Shown here piece after piece: positions 50,635 through 64,000 of a stretch of DNA of 64,000 nt. Within the stretch, counting starts at the first letter, position 1, and every line of letters begins with the position of its first letter. Origin of the DNA: Eledone cirrhosa (Eukaryota); contig OZ024755.1 of the NCBI GenBank assembly GCA_964016885.1, positions 3,286,001 through 3,350,000 on the forward strand, given 5' to 3'. Under the pieces are notes generated by a model that did no database searches, was not told the DNA's origin, and saw only the letters and a list, made by a program, of their open reading frames with translations. A program made the translations under genes and the position numbers.

Positions 50635-50689
50635 TATATATGTATGTGTATGTATGCAGGATACCGTAGATAATAAGTCAAGAAAAACA

Positions 50690-50964
50690 AAGCTCAGTCT
50701 GTTACAAGAGAGCTTATTTAGTATATTTAAAATTTCATATACTTAACATGTATGTGCAAGCTTAGGTTTCAGGAACCAGTTATGGGCCCCCACTCTATAG
50801 TGGAGGTGTCATTTCAAAACTGGCCCCTCATCGGGCACCAGGATGTAATATAGTCCAGGAACCAGGTGAGAGGCCAGTTTTGAAACAGCTCCTCCACTAT
50901 AGAGTGGGGGCCATAACTGGACTCTGAAACCTAAGCTTGCACATAAATGTTAAGTATATGAAAT
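50690..50964 (-). mobile_element. Palindromic element family E with long-stem-II hammerhead-like fold
   Basis: ~105-bp inverted arms (50732-50838 vs ~50860-50963); reverse complement reads gtgc-CCGAUGA-ggggccagtt...aactggttcct-GAAA-cctaagc-UU-gcac. Confidence 0.6.
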
Positions 50965-52993
50965 ACACACACACAATATAAAAATGTAGCAAACAATGCA
51001 AATCTGTGAATTTGAGCATATAGTCATTAATGGTGTGGTAAAAGGAGTGTTTTTCATATTATTGTGTACAGTGCTCAGGTGAACTACAACTCATCAAAGG
51101 TGTATGTATAGTTTAGGTAGGGACCTTTTAAGGTTGGTGGTTTTGTTTCACAGAACCAGAACCAGTTTTGGCCAGGTTGGTATCAAATGGGTTAAATTGA
51201 TAATACCCAGTTAACTCTACATATGCAAACCAAAGATGGAATCTCTACCTGATCATTTGACCTGCTAGAAACTGAAGCCTAATCTCCTTCAAATCACACC
51301 ATAACCCTTTAGCATTTAAACTGGTCATATCCAGCTAGAATTGTCTCACCTTTTTCTGTTCAATCTAGCCGTAACCAGCTGCTCATACTGATGTTAAGGT
51401 ATTGTTCTCAAAATAAATAATATCAAAATCTCATAGATTTGATATTATGTGAGATAAGGCCTTTATCATGAAAATACAATAGTATATATAGAGTAATGTA
51501 AATGCTAAAGGGATAACGTTAAAAGAAAAAGAAACATTGTATAACTGTAAGTCTGAAAAAAGACAAAATAATTATATTTGTAACATCTGTTTGATGAGAG
51601 GTGAGAGGAGAGCTGTAATTAAATACCAACATATGTGTTGCTCATTGCCATAAGATATTCTATTGACCATCAAAATAATTACAAGAACTCTACTATTGTG
51701 TCAAGGGCACAACAACCTCTCTTGTGTTGGTTATTTACATGATAAACACACACAGTATACTCTGTATATTGGTTGGTGATAGGAAGGACATCCAGCTGTA
51801 GAACATCTGTCAAAACAAAAGGGTTGGGAGGACTCTTTATGTCAAGGATATGACAACCTCGCTAGTGTTGATGATTTACATGATAAACATATACATTACA
51901 TCCTGTATATTGGTTGGTGATAGGCAGGAGATCCAGCTGTAGAAAATCTGTCAAACTAGCCATGCAATCCTTGCAAACAGGGAAAAAAGAGAATTGATTG
52001 ATAAGATCTTAGACCTCATTCATTTACTGAGTGGGGGTGCAGTTCATCAAATCAGACCAAGGAAACGATGTTTCCATTGCTGATACTATCTACCAGTTGC
52101 AACTCCTGGCAAAGGAGCAACATGAAATAAAGTGTCTTGCTGAAGGACTTAACACATCGCCCAGTCAGGGAATCAAACTCAAAACCTCATGATTGTGAAT
52201 CCAATTCTCTAACCACCAAGCCATATGCCTACACAGGAAGCAGATAGCATTGTTGTTAAATAAAGGTTTCTGATTTAGGCACAAGGCCAACAATGTTGGT
52301 GTGGAGGGGAAGGTCGATGATTAAATCAACCTCAGTGCATTACTGGTACTTTATTTTATGATAACATTAATGCAGGAATAATCATCACATTTCTCTAGGT
52401 CATCAAACCTACACAAATTAATATATAAACACATACATTTACATAAACTAATATATATACACACACAAAAGTGGAAGGAGGATAAATTAGTCCATGGCAT
52501 CAGACTTACACACACATATATACACAATGAAAGGAAGGTAAATTAAATAAAAGCCAACATCATTGATTCCAATTAATAGATATATCTAGAGACAGGTAAA
52601 TACCACCCTTTTACCACCCCGGTGTGTTGGTAATGGGTAGTTCCTCGATCTTGTGCAGTAAATCTAGAACATTCCATCAATATTGGCAAAGAATTCAATA
52701 AAATCAATCGTTCTCTCTCCAGCATACACATATATATTCATACGCATTCACACACACACACATATATTCATATGCATTCACACACATATACAAGTACATA
52801 TGTATGCACACACAAATATGTCTACATATGTATAGGCACTTGTGTGTGTGTGTGTATCTATCTCTCTCTATATATATATATGCACACACACACACACACA
52901 CACACACTGTATATTTAGAGATAGAGAGAAAAGGTGGAAAGTGGTGAAAGGAAGAAAAGACAAAAATGGATGTGTGATGGAGAGAAAGAGAGA

Positions 52994-53037
<44 letters not shown>

Positions 53038-53414
53038 TATAGGAAGAACACTAATTCCCTTAACAGAACCCACCACCACCTCTCCCCTCTATATCTCTCT
53101 CATAGCTAAACACAAAATCAGAAAAAAAAATGTTGTACCGGGTTTTTCCATGATTATCTTTGCAATCTTAGTTTCCTATACAGAGAGAAGCAGAGCATAT
53201 ATAGACACAGGCAGACATACACACAGATACATATATATATATCATTATCATCACTGTTTAACGTCAATTTTCCATGCTTGCATGGGTTAGACAGGTTGTC
53301 CACGTCATGAGAGAAGCCTGGTCAGATTGACCACACCTTACTTTGCTTAGAAGGAACAGTAAATTTGGCTGGGATTTTTACAGCTGGATGCCCTTCCTAA
53401 CACCAACCACATTT

Positions 53415-53469
<55 letters not shown>

Positions 53470-53625
53470 CACATCATGAATGTGGCTTCATTCACTAAAC
53501 CATGGGAGCCCACTCTATCAAACAATATCCACAATCACATCTATCTATCTAAGCTCTTACCATACAAACATACATACATTCATATATACTCACCCAATGG
53601 CAAAAGCATCCCATCTCTTTCTAAT

Positions 53626-53656
<31 letters not shown>

Positions 53657-53788
53657 ATTATTTTTTTATTTGTTCATATCAATCACAGAGATGTGTGTGT
53701 GTGCATATATACACACACATATATAGAAGTGTTTTATATATATATATATTATATATATATATAATATATATATATATAATATATATAT

Positions 53789-53819
<31 letters not shown>

Positions 53820-54217
53820 ATATATATAAATATAATATATATATATATCATCACATTATCATATCTGAGATAAGAGAGTGGCAATGTATACATACATATA
53901 GGCCAAATACACCCCCACACCCGCTCTATACGATCAGCTATCTGTTCATATTGCTTGTATATATCCATATATATATCTATACATGTGTGTGTAAAGCACA
54001 TACACACATGCATATATATATGTATATACATATACATGTATAGAGCGATAGAGAGAGAGAGAGAGAGAGAGGGGAGAATTATAATGAAAGAGATATATGC
54101 ATAGATTAAGAGAGAATGTGGAAAGCTATTACTAGATTTGCATCATGAAACTCCATACTATAGACAAATACATTCATGTACACACCTGACATACATATAC
54201 ACACACACTTGTGTCTG

Positions 54218-54288
<71 letters not shown>

Positions 54289-55095
54289 CTTGTTCTAGCG
54301 TTATATCAGGTATTGGAATAGAGATAAAGCTGAAGTGAGTGTGGATGGGTGGATAACTAGATTATATCTCTGGTCGGGTGACAGTATGTATGTGAATGTC
54401 TACATACATTGTATGTGTGTGTGTGCGTGTGTGTATGATAGTTGCCCTGACATCTGTTTGTGTGTACGTGAGTATGTGTGTGTGTGTGATATACATTCTC
54501 TTTCCACCATTATATTGAGTAATGAAGTTGAGATAAAGCGATAGAGGAGGAAAATGTGTGTGTGTGTTTGCTATAGATAGATATATTTCTTTATTTGCTA
54601 TAGATAGATAGAAAGATAAACAGACTAAGGCAGGGAAAACGTGTGTGTATATGTGTATGTGTGTGTGTGTGCTATAGATAGATAGAAAGATAAACAGACT
54701 AGGGCAGGGAAAATGTGTGCGTGTGTGTGCTATAGATAGATAGAAAGATAAACAGACTAAGGCAGGGAAAATATGTGTTCGTGTGTATATATATATATAT
54801 ATATATGTGTGTATGTATGTGCGTGTGTTCGGTGTAATATAGGCAGTGTGTTGAAGTTGAGATAAGATGAGAGAGAAAGAAAGAGAGTGTGCTTGCTAGA
54901 CCAACAGATATAAAGACAGACACACTGACTCACTAACCGAGGGAGTGAGGTTGGCTGAAAAGAAAAATGAAAACTGTACGTTTGTATACACACACAACAT
55001 TATGTCGGCTATTGAAGTTATATATATATAACTCATTCACATCGTAGGTCGAATTTGCTTGCACACCGCCAGAGATTCGATTTTACTAAACCTCC

Positions 55096-55187
<92 letters not shown>

Positions 55188-55253
55188 GGGGTAGAAGAGA
55201 AAAATCTACGTTTGTATATACACACACTGAACGTTATATCGGTTATTGAAGTT

Positions 55254-55310
<57 letters not shown>

Positions 55311-55371
55311 GGAAGGAGAGAGGGTAAAAGAGAAAAATCTACGTTTGTATATACACTAACCGTTATATCGG

Positions 55372-55424
<53 letters not shown>

Positions 55425-55598
55425 AGAGAGAGAGAGAGAGGCAGACAGTGGTAGATAGAGAGAGATAGAGAAGATAGAAGAGAAAGAATGAAAGAGGTGA
55501 GAGTAGATAAGCAGGATAGGTAGGCAACATAGACTGAGACAGAAAGATGTGTGTGAATGTGTATGCTGACTATTAGTTTTACAGATAAACATATAAAA

Positions 55599-55637
<39 letters not shown>

Positions 55638-55992
55638 ATGAGCTGGTCTCTTATCGACATATCTATCAAGCTACCTTCTGAATACTGACAACTATAACGG
55701 TGATGATGATAACCGGAGTTATACCAAACCTACCAGGTACAGGAAGAGACACTAAGAGATAACGATCAAACACAAACATACATATATACACACATACATT
55801 ATATATATATATATATATATACATACACACTTCTCTTTCTCACTCAATGCTTGCCCTTCCCCATCGCACACATTGACACAGTGTGATCTATATGTTAACA
55901 CACATATACATATATATATATGTATATATACGCACACAGATCTTTAACGCAGGGAAGGAAACAAAGCACACACACACGTGTGTATATGTGTG

Positions 55993-56108
<116 letters not shown>

Positions 56109-56120
56109 TTAATATAGAAG

Positions 56121-56172
56121 AGATTCTACAGGACTAGAACTGTTTCATTCATTAGAAATCATCAGGAAACTG
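56121..56172 (-). ncRNA. Type I hammerhead ribozyme motif (family C element, 56105-56240)
   Basis: Reverse complement reads agtttc-CUGAUGA-tttctaatgaat-GAAA-cag-ttctagtc-ctg-UA-gaatct; stem III ACAG/CUGU; tail attgagtacc downstream; (TA)n on both sides. Confidence 0.7.
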
Positions 56173-56237
56173 TTATACTCTGCCATGTATTGAGTACCTT
56201 ACTTACTGTGGTTACCTCCGATTCAACCCGGAATAAC

Positions 56238-56285
<48 letters not shown>

Positions 56286-56328
56286 ATGTATATATATATA
56301 TTTAGTCTTCACATTTATTATTACTATG

Positions 56329-56359
<31 letters not shown>

Positions 56360-56482
56360 ATGTATATATATATATATATTTAGTCTTCACATTTATTATT
56401 ACTATATATATATATGTATATATATATATATGTGTGTGTGTATGTATATATATATATATTTAGTCTTCACATTTATTATTAC

Positions 56483-56541
<59 letters not shown>

Positions 56542-57055
56542 CTACCCACTCCAATACTTCTCTCTTCTCATACAAAGATCTAAGATACACCATACACGTA
56601 CGTGTGTGTATATATATAGCTTTGTTTCCCTTTCTTTCTCTGTATATGTAAATGTATAATGATGAGAATGTGTGGCATTGTTCAGTTTTCGTGTTATTTT
56701 GGAAGTACTTTTGAGGGATGTCTAGACATTCGATCTTTCATTAAGATACTGTCTTGATTGGAAAAATAGCAATAATAATAATAATAATAATTGTTTCTAC
56801 AGTTGGCACAAGGCCAGCAATTTGAAAGGAAGAGGGGAAAGTCGACTAAATCGACACCAGTACGTTACTGGTACTTTATTTTATCGACCCAGTAAGGATG
56901 TAATAATAATGATAGTAGTAGCAATAGTAGTGATTGTGGTGGTGATGGTCTCAGTTGAGAGTCAGAGAGTCCAGCAAAACATGAGGTCAGACAGGAGTAA
57001 AGGGAGCAAGGTGCGTGTAGGGGGGGGGGGGCGAGACAGAGAAGAGACATTAAAC

Positions 57056-57103
<48 letters not shown>

Positions 57104-57252
57104 GAGAAAGTAGGACTAGCCCAGAAATAGCCGTCGAAACGGCTTGAGCTCTGTCGTCGGGGTCATACTTTCTCCTATTACCCACTCTATTACCTTAAGT
57201 ATTGAGTACTCTGGTGCGTTATGGTCCATCTGGTTCCTTACCACAACTCCTT

Positions 57253-57308
<56 letters not shown>

Positions 57309-57883
57309 AAATAAATTCCAGACCAGACTAAACAAAAGCAAAACACAGTGGAAAAGTAAGCGTAGCAATGATGTTATCGGGTTTTCCAATCTTTGTCTTT
57401 CTCTCTGTATGTATGAGTGTGTGTGTGTGTATGCCTGTAGGTGTATGTATGTGTGTGGATACCTGCACCTGTATGTATGAGTGTGTGTGTGTGTGTGTAT
57501 GCCTGTAGGTATATGTATGTATGTGGATACCTGTACCTGTATGTATGAGTGTGTGTGTGTGTATGCCTGTAGGTATATGTATGTATGTGGATACCTGTAC
57601 CTGTATGTATGAATGTGTGCGTGTGTGTATATAGGAAAAAGTATAACTCCGACGGCAGAGCTCAAGCTGTCGAAACGGCTTGAGCTCTGCCGTCGGGGTC
57701 ATACTCTACTACCCTTAGTATTGAGTACTCTGGTGCGTTATGGTCCATCTGGTTCCTTACCACAACTCCTTCATATATATATATGCCGAGGTTAACTTTG
57801 CCTTTCATCCTTATGGGGTCGAAAAAATAAAGTACCAGTAATACACTTGGTTATTGCTGGCCTTGTGCCAAAAAAGTAGAAAG

Positions 57884-57912
<29 letters not shown>

Positions 57913-57915
<3 letters not shown>

Positions 57916-57987
57916 GGTGTCCCCCAAAAATGAACACACTTCAACAGCATTCTAATCAAGTGTGTATACATTTTTGGGGACACCCTG
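57913..57987. mobile_element. Short Tc1/mariner-type MITE
   Basis: TIR cagggtgtcccccaaaaat / atttttggggacaccctg-TA; partial copy at 12364-12425. Confidence 0.7.
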
Positions 57988-58551
57988 TATATATATATAT
58001 CAACAACATAACTATGACCACGAAATAGACAAAGACAACGGGTTTGCTTTCAAACACTAATACTACTGCTGACAGTCTTTTTCTAAACCCCTACCCCACT
58101 CAACAAACCCAGTCGGGGTTGGATTAAGACCAAATTCCACACAACTGAGATGTGGACTCGGAACGTAAATAAACGTTAACTAAATACTCCAAAGTATTAT
58201 TAAACGGAGACCCTTTTTCGGAGAAAGGGCACTCACCCTCGGTGGTCAGGATAAACGACCGTGGACTTAAGGGGCCCTCGATCGTCCCTTCTCCGAAGTA
58301 CTCCTGTAGGAGGACTAATTCACTACATACATACCGCACACACACACACACATATGTGTGTGTGTGTGTGTGTGTGTGTGCGTGCGTGCCGTATGTGTTT
58401 CAGAAGATCCCGTAAGGGTGAAAGCAGCTATTCTTTGCTTAAACTTTATCTGTTATTTTAATAAATATTTGCTCTAGGGTTCTAATATATTTGATATATA
58501 TTTATCCTTATCGAGCCCTCTTTGGATTTTAGTCTTCACATTTATTATTAT

Positions 58552-58587
<36 letters not shown>

Positions 58588-60199
58588 TATATACTTTTTT
58601 TTTCAATCATTAATCATCAATTGATACTCGTAAACCCAAACCCACACCCTCCATGTAACCTGTCCTTATTCATTATTATTATTATTATCATGTTCACCAT
58701 TTTATCGATTCTGCTATCGACCACCAGCCTTGGCACAAGGCCACAAATCTGTAGTGAAAGAGTTGTGTGGTTTTCGATTTAATCGGTACCCAATACCACT
58801 CAATTCAATTTATCGATTTCAGAAAGATGAAAGATATGCAAAGTCAATCCGGCGGGATTTGAACTTATAACGTAAATGGGCGGAACTAAAGACCGCAAGG
58901 CAGTCAAACAGCCACCCAACCAGCCTTTACAAGTCATATTATAATAATTGTTTCTACTTTTGGCACAAGGCCAGCAATACCCAGTATATTACTGATACTT
59001 TATTTTATCGACCCCGTAAGGATGAAAGGCAAAGTTAACCTCGGCGGAATTGAACTCAGACCATAAAGGGCCATAACTCTTTGCTGCAAAGCATGGCGTC
59101 CGACCCTCTACCGATACTGCCAATCCACTCAAATCATTATAATAATACAGATTTCTTACATTAACACAAAGCCATCATTGAGTGAATCAGCCGCAGAATA
59201 TAACTGGTACTAATATGTACAAAGAACCTAATAAAATGCCATTACAGTATTTGTTGTGACTGATTACGTTGAGTTCAAACCTCGCTTCAACATCAGCTTA
59301 ACTTTACATCCTTCTAGGATTGATATAATAAAATATCAATCAAATACTGGAGTTGATTTAATTAGTTTTATCCTTCCCCAAAGATTAGAAATCAATATTT
59401 TACAAAGAATGGATTTTGAAATGAGTTTTTTTTTCCATTCTAAAACATTTTATCGGAAACAGCAGGAATTGTAAACTCTGGCCCTATTATACCGAGAACG
59501 GCCATACACATTCAGAGAAGAGCTAACAATTGTTTCTACTTTTTGGCACAAGGCCAGCAATTACCCAGTACATTACTGGTACTTTATTTTATCGATCCCG
59601 TAAGAATGAACGGCAAAGTTAACTTCGACGGGATTTGAACTCAGACCGTAAAGGAACGTAACTATGCTGGACAGCAATACTAAAGATGTCATGTATGTTA
59701 CTCGGGTGTTTGCTCGACCTTCCAGAAACAGCAACCAAATCTCTCTGAAATAAACTGTTAAATGACGGGAAAGTGATAGATGGAATACCTGCAACCAAAG
59801 GTTTGCTCGATCAGGGTTGATTTAGGTTCAAACAAAAATAATAAGGACTAGAAATATGATGGTATGGAGAATAAAGACAACTGGGAGCTGGCTTTAACTT
59901 ACTCAAAACTGAAGGGTTGTGTGTGGTGGTGAAGGAAGCCGTGTTGTATTGTGTCCATATATGGGAATGGAAACCATAAAATAAAATAAGAATGAAAAAA
60001 AAAAGCAATCATAAAGCAATCGATAAAAAAAACTGAGAAATCGATCGAAACTGGATCATTATTTACATAAGCATAACGCAGAACTAGGAAGATTTGAGAG
60101 TGGTAAGGAAGGCGATGAGGTTGTAACTAAGGTACATTAAATTTAGTTGAACTATTCCAATTACACAATTAATTAATAATTAGTTAACTCTGAGTCGGT

Positions 60200-60810
60200 T
60201 TCGACAGGGTGTGTTCCAGTTGTTCGATCAACCGAACAGCATGCTCAAGAAATTAACGTGTAAGTGGCTGAGCATTCCAAGGACAGGTTGTATCCTTGAC
60301 GTAATCCTCAGAGAGATTCAGCGAGACACTGAGTGACAAAGCATCCCCCACCCCACTCATTGTATTAATGGTACTGTCCATCCGACGGGCTTCCAAACAG
60401 TTTCTGTCTACCTAACTTCACTAACAAGACATAGGTAGATCATTGAGTGAATCGGCCGCAGAATATAACTGGTACTAATATGTACAAAGAATCGTATAAA
60501 ATGCCATTACAGTATAGTTGTGGCTCATTACGTTGTCAGTTCAAACCTCGCCAACATCAACTTCACTTTACATCCTTAACGTAAACCTCAGGGAGATTCA
60601 GCGTGACACAGTGTGTGACAAGGCTAGCCCTCTTTGAATTACTGGTACAGTCCATCCGACGGGCTTCCAAACAGTTTCTGTCGACCCGATTTCACTCACA
60701 AGACATAGGTCGATCCGAGGCTATGGTAAACATTTGCCAAAGATATCATACAGTGGGATCGAACCCAGGGCCTAGTAGTTGTGAAGCGAACCCCTCAACC
60801 ATTCGGCCAG
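60200..60810 (-). mobile_element. SINE-like repeat family S3 (two partial, nested copies; related piece at ~37320-37600)
   Basis: Shared gaacagc.tgctc.tgaaattaa..tg.aagtggctgagcattc segment; reversed B-box-like ggatcgaaccc near 60757. Confidence 0.55.
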
Positions 60811-62857
60811 GCTGCATCCATCGTTGGTCAACCTAAATATGTAGAATTGAGTGAACCTCGCCACCTCATACACGAGGTTTCATCTGATGTGGAATTGAAC
60901 CCCAAATATCTTTGGGGTAAGAGTTCAAATACCGCAGCATCCAACCAGCTATCTTGTTTGATCCAACGTCGGATAAAACAAGGGATGGGCTAATATATGC
61001 AATTGTAAACCGAAACCCTAGACGAATATTCTACAATAACCCCCTAAACAATGTTTTCCCTCAGTAAAGAACTAACATCCATGAATTTTTCACATATGTA
61101 TCATCGATCGACAATGACACACGTGCACTTCAGTATTGTTTAATAAAATGGAAGTTCTCTGGTCATTATTTTACACAAATGGTGGTGGATTGGCAGTATC
61201 GGTAGAGAATCGGACGCCATGCTTTGCAGCATAGAGTTACGGCCCTTTACGGCCTGGGTTCAAATCCAGCCGAGGTTAACTGTGCCTTTCACTCTTAGAG
61301 AGTCGATAAAATAAAGCACCGGTAACGTACTGAGGTCGATTTAATCGACTTTCCCCTCCCTCCAAATTACTGGCCTTGTGCTTATATTAGAAACAATTAT
61401 TTTTCACATATGTATCATCTATCGACAATATGTCACAGATACACTTCAGTAATGTTTCATCCAGTGACCATTAATTCATATTACTGGTCCGCGGGATATA
61501 AATTTACAGGATGTTTACAACTATATTCACTATCTAGTGTGTTCTTTAAATACACAATAATTATTTAAAGAAGAGAACAGTTTACCAACAATAAAACTGA
61601 TACTGACCCTCGCCATCAACCAGTACTAGTATATTAGTATGGTATCGACCCTAACTCGTGAGGGATTCGTAGGGGTGCCATATTGACATACGATGTTTCT
61701 TAGGGCATTTTTAAAACCTGGCGGAGTTTAAACCAATATATAACTAGCCCTAAGCGTGATTTCTACAGGGGAAGGTGGAATCACATCTCGAACAACACAA
61801 TCACCCAACACATCTGTTGCCATCAAATCTAATCTCTAGAAAACAGGTGACGTGGTAAACTTGGTCAACTAAAAATCACAGTCAATTCATCCGTAGTGTA
61901 TTTAAAGAAATAACACATTAGATAATGAATGTAGTTGTAAACATTCCTGTGAAGCTATGCTGGTCACATCTGGAATGGGTCAAGGGAGGGTTTGGAGTTA
62001 AACTTCATTATCGTCATCTTCAACAAGAATAGGTTTCCATTTGTAGAAGCAAGACAGTAAACTAAGACGTTTGATTTCTCCCTAAAACAAGTCTAACACA
62101 GGACAGGAAGTCATTAGAGGCGGAGCACACGATTATATTAACAAAGCCCGGTATGATGAAAGACATATTTGAATGTAAAATATGTAACTAAAGAAAAAAA
62201 AAAGGACACATTAAATAATGTAGTCCAAGGTACATTAATCCGAAGTAATTATTGTTGGAATGCTTTTATAAAATTTAGTGCGAGATCACCCTTTCAGGGG
62301 CCTCCGCGGTGGGTATAAAGGAAAAACATTATTCTGAGACACTCATACAGTTGAAGCTAATGTTTGAAAACAGCGTGAACTCCGGTAAATGTACTCAGAA
62401 GCCAGGTAATGATGTTAACAGGAAGACGGAAAAACAATAACAGGTACTGAACCCTGGACTCAGCCCTATTGGGGTGGGAGTTCTAACTTTATTTGACAGC
62501 TTTTAAGGTGTGCGAACTTTCTAAGACATCTCAATTTTCGCCTGACATTTGTCGCCGTCTTCACTATCAGATCCTTTTAAAATTTGATATATTATAAAAT
62601 ATAACTATTTTATATGTTGATATATTAGTGGTGTTTCGGATACAAAAGGTCCTTGAGTAAATCTACAATTTATTTTTACTCAAAACTACCCCAAAAGTTA
62701 TTTTGGAGTAGTTTTGAGTTATCAACTCATTATGTTGTACTAATGGACCAGTGCTGTCAATAAAATAGCCATTAAATTGGTATTTAATTCCTGGAGTCCA
62801 GGACTGGTATGCTATGTATACCAGGATTACTAAATATATGGATATTTATATATAGTG

Positions 62858-63301
62858 AAGGCACATGGCTTAGTGGTTAGAGCATTTGGGCTTGCAATCG
62901 AAAGGTTGTCAGTTCAATTCTCAGACCGGATGATGTGTTATTTCCTTGAGCAAGACACTTTATTTCACATTGCTCCAATTTACTCAGCTGTAGAAATGAG
63001 ATGATAGGACTGGGGTCTATCATTCCACTGCAAAGTGGTCGTGGAGGTGCCACGGCAAAAAAGCACCCAGCCCACACTGTAAAGTGGACGTGTAGGCGCC
63101 ACGGAAAAAAAAAAGCACCCAGTACTCACTGTAAATGAAGTTGGTGTTAGGAAGGGCATCCAGCTGTAGAAATCTAGCCAGAATCAGTTCCAGTATGAGC
63201 AAGACAAGGTCAACCGACCGGACACTGCCCACAACAGGACATCTCGTCTAACCCATGCTAGCGTGGAAGAACAGACGAAAAATGGTGACGATGATGATGA
63301 T
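62858..63301 (+). mobile_element. Full-length tRNA-derived SINE S2 (tRNA head, CORE-like domain, RTE-type 3' end, (GAT)n tail)
   Basis: tggcttagtggttagagc (A box), gttcaattc (B box), ccttgagcaagacactttatttcac..ctcagctgtagaaatg, 3' ctaacccatgctagcgtggaa..gatgatgatga. Confidence 0.85.
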
Positions 63302-64000
63302 ATGGTCCCATAACTCCCGAGCTATTGGTAGGGCACCATATTGAGATATGGTGTTTCTGTGGGTTATTTTTTTAAACCTGGCGGTTTATACAGCAGAATT
63401 ATTCCAGAGAAAGGAAGTGAGAAATACGTATAGAGGAAGAATCGATCCCAGTACTAGACTGGTACTTTTTTACCGACCTTAAACGGATGAAAGGCAAAGT
63501 TGACCAAAGTTGGAACGAATACTTCAAAGCATTCTACCTGACGTTCTGACGACTCTGCCTATATGAACATTCATACAAACTGGGGAATTTACGAATTTCT
63601 GGTTTACATAAATGAAACCCTATAGTTTATGTTGTTTATTGGCAACTTAAGATAATAGATAATAGTATTTTAATAATTTATATATATGATATAATTACAT
63701 AAACATACAATATTAAATATAAGAATATATTTAGAGAAATAACTATTTACAAAGACAAATATGGTAGGATTAGAACCCAAAACCCAGTTAGTGTAGATTT
63801 TAAAGAGTTACAGACGGAGATATATAAATATAGATACACACGTGAGGTATAATTATAGTCGACAGCTTATTAAATAATAGTGGACTTCAAAATAAGGAAA
63901 TTCAGTGAGGCAAGCTCAACAGTTTGTTTACGTGTATAATGAATTATTGTCATATTATTTCCCTTCCTGCTGGTGTTAGTTATGTTATAGAAATGCTATA

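Overview
AT-rich, microsatellite-dense animal genomic DNA. The SINE families, RTE LINE and clustered single-exon C2H2 genes suggest an octopus or other coleoid cephalopod (inference). The window holds four main things. (1) The 3' nine coding exons (+, 111-8762) of a MET/RON-family receptor tyrosine kinase whose kinase domain has pseudokinase substitutions (HRD->HHN, DFG->DIG, alphaC E->D). The HHN codons are exactly two A->G changes from HRD. (2) An ~12 kb rearranged block (11.9-23.5 kb) of inverted and direct duplications around three tandem-repeat arrays (173, 40 and 80/87 bp), followed by a decayed RTE LINE. (3) Two paralogous minus-strand C2H2 zinc-finger genes (27283-29538, 42807-44804) sharing a four-finger recognition module. 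(4) Many SINEs, TTAA- and TA-type MITEs and LINE fragments. The most striking unannotated signal is a set of short, mostly palindromic elements in (TA)n tracts. They carry type I hammerhead ribozyme folds and a shared GAGYACT-like tail, in several sequence-distinct subfamilies, and one copy lies in sense orientation inside a kinase-domain intron. Repeat boundaries are approximate and were read by eye; no searches or folding programs were run.
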